Positions 57,569 through 64,000 of a DNA stretch of 64,000 bases are shown here, piece by piece. The notes under the pieces are model-generated. The model worked only from the letters and a program-made list of their open reading frames with translations, searched no databases and had not been told where the DNA came from. The position numbers and the translations under genes are program-made. The DNA lies in contig OZ245006.1 in the NCBI GenBank assembly GCA_965223545.1, positions 6,016,001-6,080,000 on the forward strand, in the 5' to 3' direction. Source of the DNA: Planctomycetota bacterium. Lineage in GTDB: Bacteria > Planctomycetota > UBA1135 > UBA2386. How positions within the stretch are numbered: position 1 is the first letter of the stretch; each line of letters opens with the position of its first letter.

Positions 57569-59557
57569 CCCAACTTCCGCAGTTCGACGGGTCGTCACGT
57601 TGAAAAGCAACGACTTACGTCGATTGGTTGGCACTACATCGCGGTCGAACGGAGTGGCGCGGGGACGGATAGCCTCCTGGGTAGCTGGATGCCGAGCCGG
57701 TCGAGCAGGTGCGCCTGCGCCTCGTTGGGGGTGACCACGCAGCGGACCCGGAGTTCGCGGCCGTCAGTAGTTGGCAGGAGCACGTCTGCGCTTTGGACCT
57801 GACGGAGCTCCTCGAGGATGGCGGCCGGGCTGTTGCCGAGTCCGGCCTTCTCCTGCCAGAGCTCGAGCGTTTTCCACAAGGCGTAGGCGAGGAAGCAGAC
57901 GAGGATGTGCGCCCTGACCCGGTCCTCGCGTTGATGCCACACCGGGCGGATCGACAGCTCGGACTTCTGGATCCGAAACGCGGACTCAGCATCAGTGAGC
58001 TGGATGTACGTCCGCCAAAGCTCCTCATCTGTCCAACCCGTCACGTTGGACCTGAGCAGGTAGCACCCGGCGCTCTGGTCCACCCAGTTCGTGTTCTCAC
58101 AAGCCTCCACGGCAAGCCCCGATGGTCGATCCGGGGCTTCGATCAACGAAACCGAGAAGCACGTGGAGGCCCGCGAGTTCTGGGCCAAGATGCGTCCGAT
58201 CTGTTGATTGACGCGGTCCCGTTCGATCGACTTCTTCGACGCCGCCAGTCGGCGTTCGAGCGACGCAAGCCTCGCGCGAATGCGTTCGGCTGCTCGCGCG
58301 ACAATTGCGGCGTCCTTCTCGATGCGCGCCTGGGAGCGACACAGGATGAACGTCTCCTCCCCGTCCTCGCTCGGGCAGAGCTTGACCTCGACATCCTCAC
58401 GAATGCTGCGCCAGTCTCGACGGTCGACGATCTCCTGTTCGAAGCGGCGCAGGTCCGAACGCGATGCGCCGATGACGTACCGTCGCCTTCCCTCCTTCAA
58501 CCATTTCAGGTTGCGCTTGCTCACCATTCCGCGGTCCATGACCCAGATGCGATCAGCAGCACCGAATCGCCGCTCCATCGTCTCGACGATCTCGCGGACC
58601 GTCGTGACGTCAGTCCGATTGCCGTCGAACACTTCGTGCGCAAGAGGGATTCCCTGTCTGGTCACGACCAGAGCGATGCAAACCTGTTTGCAGTCAGGCC
58701 GGTGATCTCGGCTGTAGCCACGCTGCGCCTGGGGGTTGCCCAGCATGAGGCCTTCGAAGTAGGTCGAGGTCACGTCGTAGAGCAGCAAGTCGTACTGAAC
58801 GTCGAACAACTCGCCGAGCCGTGCGCGGAGATGCTGCTCCAGCGCCTCTTTGTGCGGCAGGATCTGGTCGAGAGCCCGGTAGAGCCGGTCGTCGTTGACC
58901 TTGCCTTCCGGCAGGCCAAGCAGGTCGTCAAGCGCGGTCTGGCGGTACAGGACTTCAGCCAGGTGCAGCTCGCTGGAGGGCATGCACAACCGACAGATGA
59001 CCATCGCTGCCGCCATCGTCGACCACGGGACATCTTCACGGCCCCGCGGCATGAGCTCCCAGAGTGCGTCGTCGAACTTCAGTGCGTGCCACAGCGCCAG
59101 GCCGACGAAAACGTCGCCGAAGCGGCGTGTCCGGTCGAGGCTGACCTCCTTCAAGCGAATCGACTCGACCGGGTCGTCGTCTGTCACCGGTGGCTCAAAC
59201 AGGCTCGGGTGCATTCGGCGACCGGTCATCCGATCTGCCAGCGCACGAGCCCGGCGTCGCCCCTTCGCATCCAGTTTGCCCAGCTGCGCGATCACCTCCT
59301 GCCGCACTCGACGACCGTGCCGCACCGACCGAACGAGGAGCCAGTACTCGTGGGTCTTGCCGTTCTTTCTGACCGTCTTGCGTCGCAGGTACACGTCCGC
59401 CGCCTCGCACACAGTTGTCGTGCTCCCTGCCACACCGATCAACGGGGCGGGTTGGCACTACACGGCCGATCTGCGCCGCCGCGACGGTGGATAGCGGGCT
59501 GGCGCCGCGCCGAGGCTCCGAATTGGCCTCAAAAATCGTCGAGCTGCGGAAGTTGGG
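57569..59557 (-). mobile_element. IS1634-family insertion sequence
   Basis: 21-bp TIRs with 1 mismatch (57569-57589, 59537-59557); CTAG on both flanks; internal 13-bp direct repeat ggttggcactaca at 57626 and 59450. Confidence 0.9.
57634..59394 (-). CDS. IS1634-family DDE transposase
   Basis: YLR...KNGK...YW.LV.SVR N-terminus; LYDVTSTYFEG, RGYSRDHRPD, VMDRGM, AESAFRIQKSEL.IRPVWH, RVRAHILVCFLAY. Confidence 0.92.
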   Translation of the reverse strand: MYLRRKTVRKNGKTHEYWLLVRSVRHGRRVRQEVIAQLGKLDAKGRRRARALADRMTGRRMHPSLFEPPVTDDDPVESIRLKEVSLDRTRRFGDVFVGLALWHALKFDDALWELMPRGREDVPWSTMAAAMVICRLCMPSSELHLAEVLYRQTALDDLLGLPEGKVNDDRLYRALDQILPHKEALEQHLRARLGELFDVQYDLLLYDVTSTYFEGLMLGNPQAQRGYSRDHRPDCKQVCIALVVTRQGIPLAHEVFDGNRTDVTTVREIVETMERRFGAADRIWVMDRGMVSKRNLKWLKEGRRRYVIGASRSDLRRFEQEIVDRRDWRSIREDVEVKLCPSEDGEETFILCRSQARIEKDAAIVARAAERIRARLASLERRLAASKKSIERDRVNQQIGRILAQNSRASTCFSVSLIEAPDRPSGLAVEACENTNWVDQSAGCYLLRSNVTGWTDEELWRTYIQLTDAESAFRIQKSELSIRPVWHQREDRVRAHILVCFLAYALWKTLELWQEKAGLGNSPAAILEELRQVQSADVLLPTTDGRELRVRCVVTPNEAQAHLLDRLGIQLPRRLSVPAPLRSTAM

Positions 59558-59862
59558 CTAGGAGTCAGCGCCTCGCAGGTTGAGGACGCCATCGGCAAGT
59601 TGAGCCCTACCCAGAGGGAAACCGGGTAGCGCCTCCGGCGCCCGAATCTCATTGGTCGTCCAGACGATCCGCCGGTCCTTCGCTGCTCTGTCCGCTGTCT
59701 CGACGTCTGGTTCCAGCACCTGTTGTTCGACGCCGGCGGTGCACTCGCCGGATTCGCGCTGTCCAACGGTCTCCGGGTGCAGCTCGGAGCGTGAGAGTCG
59801 CGGACCTCCACTTCGCCCGGCTTGGCCCACCCCGCCGCCCAGTCTCCTCGCAGGAGTCCGCG

Positions 59863-61071
59863 CTACTGGACCTCGATCACCTGCGCATCGCTCAGCATGA
59901 GGGGGAAACCGGTCGACCCCGTCGGCGCCCGGCTCGTCGCCTGCAGCCAGAGGTTCGATCCGGACATTCCGGTGGGCACGGACTGGACCACGGGGCCACC
60001 GGTCAGGTCGGGCACAGCGAAGTAGACGCCGAGGAGCGTCCGGTCGAGTTGCAGGCCCGGGATGTTGCCGAGCGTCGGCGGGGTGCCGGTCGGCAACCAC
60101 TGAAAGTAGACCCCGGCGGGGTAGAGCTCGGTGGAGTCCAGCGGTGAAGTCAGCCGCACGAAGAGGCTGTCGCCCGCGACGGCGGACTTGGTCGAGGTGA
60201 GGGTCGTGATGCTGGTGTTGACCCCGACGCGCAGCTGGAAGTCGCTGTCCGAACCGGGATACGGGCGCACGCTGCGAGGTTGCGATCGGTCGGCGAAGCC
60301 GACCAGGCGTTCCCATTGCGCCTCGCTGATGCCGTCGGCCATGAGGCGGTTCACCAGCGGAGTTGGCACCGCGTAGTCGACGCCGAGGTCTTCGATGCGG
60401 CCGCCGTAGATCTCGATGAAGTACAAGCACGCACACAGCGCCTCGCCCTGGGCGGTCAGGTGGTGCAGGTCGTTGCGGTAGAGCACGAGCGGGTAGCCGG
60501 CCGTGCTGGCCCAGCAGGTCCCTTGCCGTGCCGTTCTGACCGGGGGGCTGGTCGGATGCGCGACGTTGATGGCGTCGGCGGCCCGTGCATACGCCGCCTG
60601 TGGATAGCTGAGCCACGTCGCCGCGTCCGGGAACCACGCGGGGTAGCGGCTGCTGTTGGGGTGGTCGGCGCCGGTTTCGTGGCCGACGAAGAGCCCCTGC
60701 GGACTGTGGCCGAAGAACACGTTGGCCAGCGTCAGCATGTTGTTGTGGAACGCCGCCGGATTGCCGAGGTTTGGCGTCGTCTCGACGGTGCCACCCTGGA
60801 CGATCATCGCGGTCCAGTCTTGGCCAGATGCCAAGGAGTTCGTGATCAAGCCTTGCGCGCCGACGTAGTTGCTGGTCGTGCCATTGCCGATGATGAAGCG
60901 GACGATGTTGGGGGCAGGGGCTCCGGATTCGACCACCAGGTCGGACAGATAGTCCGGTGTGGGGCCATCGATGATGCTGTTGCCGTAGATCAGGATGTTG
61001 TCCTGGGAGGGCAGACAGAAGCCGAGACAAGCGGCTGCCAGAGTCGAGAGCGAGCGGCGCGGAGACTGCAT
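59863..61071 (-). CDS. secreted SGNH-like protein (GNS variant) with C-terminal beta domain
   Basis: Signal peptide; ILIYGNSI block I; DLHH block V; C-terminal ..LWLQA.. domain. Confidence 0.65.
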   Translation of the reverse strand: MQSPRRSLSTLAAACLGFCLPSQDNILIYGNSIIDGPTPDYLSDLVVESGAPAPNIVRFIIGNGTTSNYVGAQGLITNSLASGQDWTAMIVQGGTVETTPNLGNPAAFHNNMLTLANVFFGHSPQGLFVGHETGADHPNSSRYPAWFPDAATWLSYPQAAYARAADAINVAHPTSPPVRTARQGTCWASTAGYPLVLYRNDLHHLTAQGEALCACLYFIEIYGGRIEDLGVDYAVPTPLVNRLMADGISEAQWERLVGFADRSQPRSVRPYPGSDSDFQLRVGVNTSITTLTSTKSAVAGDSLFVRLTSPLDSTELYPAGVYFQWLPTGTPPTLGNIPGLQLDRTLLGVYFAVPDLTGGPVVQSVPTGMSGSNLWLQATSRAPTGSTGFPLMLSDAQVIEVQ

Positions 61072-61252
61072 GCACGTGGTGCGCCCGCGCGTTTCGCGAA
61101 AGTTTCAGAAAGCGCGCACCAGGCGGCGGGCGATCCCGAGCCGTTCGACGCAATCGAGGCCGGTCTTCAGGGTCCTGGCTGACCCTGGAGACGGCCATGG
61201 CTGCTGACCTTTCGAAAGGCCCGTCGTCGCCGGGACTTCGATACCGCAGCTC

Positions 61253-61375
61253 CCGGAGGCTCGAAGACAACACCGGCCTCTGGGCTCAGCGCGGCCGCCG
61301 GCGACCGCGGGACCCGCGACCGACGCTCGGGTCGCGGAATGCTTCGTGTTTGGTTGCGGCCTCGGCCGCGCTGAG
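61253..61375 (+). repeat. MITE-like dispersed repeat, copy B
   Basis: 13-bp inverted ends ctcagcgcggccg (61285)/cggccgcgctgag (61363); shares ccggaggctcg...gcctc and the 28-nt end with copy A. Confidence 0.7.
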
Positions 61376-61380
61376 TCGAA

Positions 61381-61457
61381 TGGTGGGCCGTGCTGGACTC
61401 GAACCAGCGACTTCCACCTTGTGACGATGGCACTCTAGCCAACTGAGTTAACGGCCC
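61381..61457 (-). tRNA. tRNA-Val(CAC)
   Basis: Full cloverleaf: acceptor GGGCCGT/ACGGCCC, D-arm ACTC/GAGT, anticodon stem CCATC/GGTGG with loop GT-CAC-AA, T-loop TTCGAGT, encoded CCA. Confidence 0.95.
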
Positions 61458-61744
61458 GGTGAGCGGCGCAAGCTAGCGCCTGCCGGCCCGGCGATCAAGC
61501 CCGCGGCAGCCTGGTCGAGCGGCTCGCTTGACAGCTCGTGGCGGCAGTCTTGACGCTGGAGGTCACGGCGCCACACGCGCACGTGCGGAACGGCACGTTT
61601 GCTTCGACCACCAGCAGGCGTGCGGGTCGGTTTCCGGCGCGTTGGCCAGGCGCGCAGGAGGTCTGTCGTGGCCGAGCCGAACATCCGGCTGGCGTCATCG
61701 CTCAGTCCTGGGCCAGAGTCCCGGTGTGGCGCGTCCGGCGATCG

Positions 61745-62040
61745 TGGAGCTGATCGAGGCGATCGCGAGGCGGTAGGCCGGTCCACGCTCGAGCGGGAGT
61801 GCCGGCGGCTCGCGAGCAAAGAGCCACCGAACGTGCCGCAGGGGTTGGATGGCGTCGAGGTCGTCCGCGTCCTGTTCGTCTCGGCGCGCGCCAAGGGTGC
61901 GCCGTCGAAGTGCAATGGCGTCCTCGTGGTGGATGCGTCCGTGGTCATGCGCTGACAGACCAGCCATCCACCGGCCGCGGTCGCAGGTCATCGCGCTGCG
62001 CTTCTTCGCCGGACTCTCGATCGAGGAGGCGACAAACGGC
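61745..62040 (+). pseudogene. decayed ECF sigma factor (TIGR02999-like) remnant
   Basis: GDREA...ECRRLA...VRVLFVSARAKGAPSK in one frame, a stop, then SQVIALRFFAGLSIEEA (region 4) in another frame. Confidence 0.55.
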
Positions 62041-62063
62041 GATCGGCGTCAGCGTGAGCTTGC

Positions 62064-63029
62064 TCACGCGCCCGCGTCGGCAGTCTCGATCGTCGGTGGC
62101 ACGGCGCCCACCGCGCACGTGCCGACGGTGCGCGTCGTCGCCTGCTGGCCGGCGCCGGCGAACGCGTCGACCATGGCGTTGGCGATCGCCTCGCAGCGGT
62201 CGCCGTCGGTCGTCAGCGCGACCAAGGCGGGGCCGTGGCCGGAGATCGTGACCCCGGCGGCACCCGCGTCGCGGCCGGCGGCGAGGCAGGTGTCGAGGCC
62301 GGGGATCAGGCGGCGGCGGAACGGCACGTGCACTTCGTCCACCAGCCAGGCGTGCAGGTCGGTCTCGTCTGCCGTGGCCAAAGCGCGCAGCAGGCCGAGG
62401 ATGCGGCCGGCGGTGCGCGGCGTGACGCCGTGCGGCAGAGTGGGCGGCAGCACCCGGCGCGAGTCGGCGGTGGCGAGCCGCAGCTCGGGGCACACCAGGA
62501 CCACGCGCCAGTCGGCGTGGATCGGGTGCGGCTGCAGCTGGTAGCGCGGCTCGCTGGTCGTGCTGTGCGGGCCGTGCACCTGGCACGCGGCGGTGAGGCC
62601 GCCGTGCAGCGCGGCGGCGGCGTGCGCCGGGTCGGCGCCGAGCGAGATCGCCAGCTGTAGGAGCTCGTCGGGTACGGGGGGCTTCTTGGCAAACCGCGCC
62701 GCCACGCCGACGCCGGCGGCGTACTCGGCGGTCTGCGTGCCGAAACCGGCGCCATAGGGGACGTTGGTGTCGTAGCGGATCGTCAGGTGCTGCGGCAGCT
62801 TGAGGTCGAGCTGCTGGGTGGCGGCCGCCAGGCCGCGCAGCACGGCGTCGTGGCGCGGATCGAGGGCGCGCGCCTCGGCGGTGCCGTGCCGCTCGATGCG
62901 GTGGCCGCCCTCCGACTCGGTGCGCACCACGACGTGCGCGAGCAGGTCGAGTGCGACCGCGAGGACGCCGAACCCGGGACCCAGGTGGGCGCTGGTCGCG
63001 GGCACGGAGAATCGCAGCTCGTCACTCAC
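62064..63029 (-). CDS. homoserine kinase-like GHMP kinase (non-canonical motifs)
   Basis: VPATSAHLGPGF, VPYGAGFG, T..SRRVLP, DEVHVPFRRRLIPG, ISGHGPA. Confidence 0.75.
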   Translation of the reverse strand: MSDELRFSVPATSAHLGPGFGVLAVALDLLAHVVVRTESEGGHRIERHGTAEARALDPRHDAVLRGLAAATQQLDLKLPQHLTIRYDTNVPYGAGFGTQTAEYAAGVGVAARFAKKPPVPDELLQLAISLGADPAHAAAALHGGLTAACQVHGPHSTTSEPRYQLQPHPIHADWRVVLVCPELRLATADSRRVLPPTLPHGVTPRTAGRILGLLRALATADETDLHAWLVDEVHVPFRRRLIPGLDTCLAAGRDAGAAGVTISGHGPALVALTTDGDRCEAIANAMVDAFAGAGQQATTRTVGTCAVGAVPPTIETADAGA

Positions 63030-63102
63030 GGGGTGGGGAAGGCGGACCTGTCGTCGTTTTCGTCACTGGTCGAGGGCCTACTTGAGCGGGTCGATGCGGA
63101 GG

Positions 63103-63999
63103 TCAGCGACCTTTGCCATCTCGCTCACGCCGCGCGCGCTCGAAGCGTGCCAAGCGCTCCTGGAACAGGGCGCGCTTGTGCGGCACCACTTCCGCGAGGG
63201 CTTTCCTCTGCAGCTCGATGGCGGCGTCGACCTGCCCGTTCTCGAACTTCGCCAGCGCCAACGTGTCGAGCATGTAGGGGAACGGCCGCGGCGTGGCTTC
63301 GAGGATCGCGTCCGCAGCCAGCAGGGCGAGATCGGGGAAGCGTCCCCTGGTCTCCGGTGCGTCGAGCAGCCGCCAAGCGAAGCCGTTGAGCGCAATCGCA
63401 TCGCCGCGCAGGGCCTCGATCGCCGCGAGCCCCGCCGCGTGGGCTTCTTCGGAACGGATGCGGACCAGCGCGTCGAACTGCGCGAGCATTGCCGCGGGGT
63501 CGGCCTTGCGCATGGCTTCGTAGACGGCCCGTTCGAACTCGGGGATGCGGTGGCGCAGCGCGCCATCGGCCAGCAAGCTCTGCTCGAGCTCGCCGAGGGC
63601 CGGCAGGTCGGGCCCGATCGCCGCGATGAGCTGGTGGCCCGTTGCCTGCGCGGCAGCTTCGTCGCCCGAGCGGACGAGGGCGCGCAGCTTGGTGTACAGC
63701 AGCGCCGGCGATCCGGCTCGGTCGGCGAGCGCGCGGTCCACCGCCGCCAGCGTGGCGGTAATGAGTGCGGTGGCGTGGCGCGATCCGTCCAGCGTGCTCG
63801 CCAACCGGCCCAGCGCGAACGGTTCGGAGGTCGCCTCGACCAGTTCTTTGGCGACCGCCGCCGCGCGCTCGACCTCGGCGCGCGCATCCAGCGCGCGCAG
63901 CTGCGCCAGCCGCACGGCGAAGCCGCCCTGCTCGGCGAGCGGTTCGAGCGCCGCTGCCGCCGCCCCGATTGCGGCCGTAGCGTCGCGCGGAAGCAGGTA
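63103..63999 (-). CDS. TPR/helical repeat protein, 5' end outside the window
   Basis: Frame open to the window edge; LNGFAW, MLDTLALAKFENGQVDAAIELQRKAL TPR-like end. Confidence 0.7.
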   Translation of the reverse strand, partial: YLLPRDATAAIGAAAAALEPLAEQGGFAVRLAQLRALDARAEVERAAAVAKELVEATSEPFALGRLASTLDGSRHATALITATLAAVDRALADRAGSPALLYTKLRALVRSGDEAAAQATGHQLIAAIGPDLPALGELEQSLLADGALRHRIPEFERAVYEAMRKADPAAMLAQFDALVRIRSEEAHAAGLAAIEALRGDAIALNGFAWRLLDAPETRGRFPDLALLAADAILEATPRPFPYMLDTLALAKFENGQVDAAIELQRKALAEVVPHKRALFQERLARFERARRERDGKGR

Positions 64000-64000
64000 G

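Larger units (their letters stand above)
57187..59629 (+). pseudogene. standalone double Clp-N (Clp repeat) domain gene interrupted by IS
   Basis: FSEVAK...EIGTQDLLVGVL and FSDNAKLVLE...LETAHILVGLL repeats; removing the IS and one CTAG restores ...LSALGVSASQVEDAIGKLSPTQRETG-stop (149 aa). Confidence 0.8.

Noticed and set aside
57709..59583. 624-aa ORF antisense to the transposase
   Set aside because: Mirror frame with no recognisable motif.
59790..59809. Similarity to 40754-40773 (cgtg-agagtcgcgg..ctcc)
   Set aside because: Short gapped match in GC-rich DNA; could be chance.

Overview
High-GC bacterial chromosomal window. It is most consistent with Planctomycetota (inference from a TIGR02999-like ECF remnant, a DUF1559-like pilin segment, many lipoproteins and an FtsZ-less dcw cluster). 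Left to right it holds: the end of a Bat operon with a BatD-BatE fusion; tandem di-heme DHOR genes plus a matrixin; a ~3 kb compositionally distinct island (two orphan ORFs, plus a nitrilase-fold gene and a winged-helix gene with a 33-bp palindromic operator over a TATAAT box) that is a candidate novel defence or regulatory module; housekeeping and lipoprotein genes; an ECF sigma factor; and a 12-gene dcw cluster (mraZ to murB, with a LysM gene, lacking murD/ddl/ftsQ/ftsA/ftsZ). Next come a ~1,100-aa composite envelope protein, an orphan PAS histidine kinase, an esterase bracketed by 50-bp inverted repeats, a minimal ComG-like pilus operon, a divergent GHMP kinase with a TMTC-like glycosyltransferase, and a PduO gene. 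The region downstream of tRNA-Val(CAC) contains an IS1634-family element inserted at CTAG into a standalone Clp-N gene. A decayed ECF sigma gene and a ThrB-like kinase with a non-canonical pocket close the window. Three dispersed intergenic repeat families were found by eye. All product calls come from motif recognition; no database searches were run.
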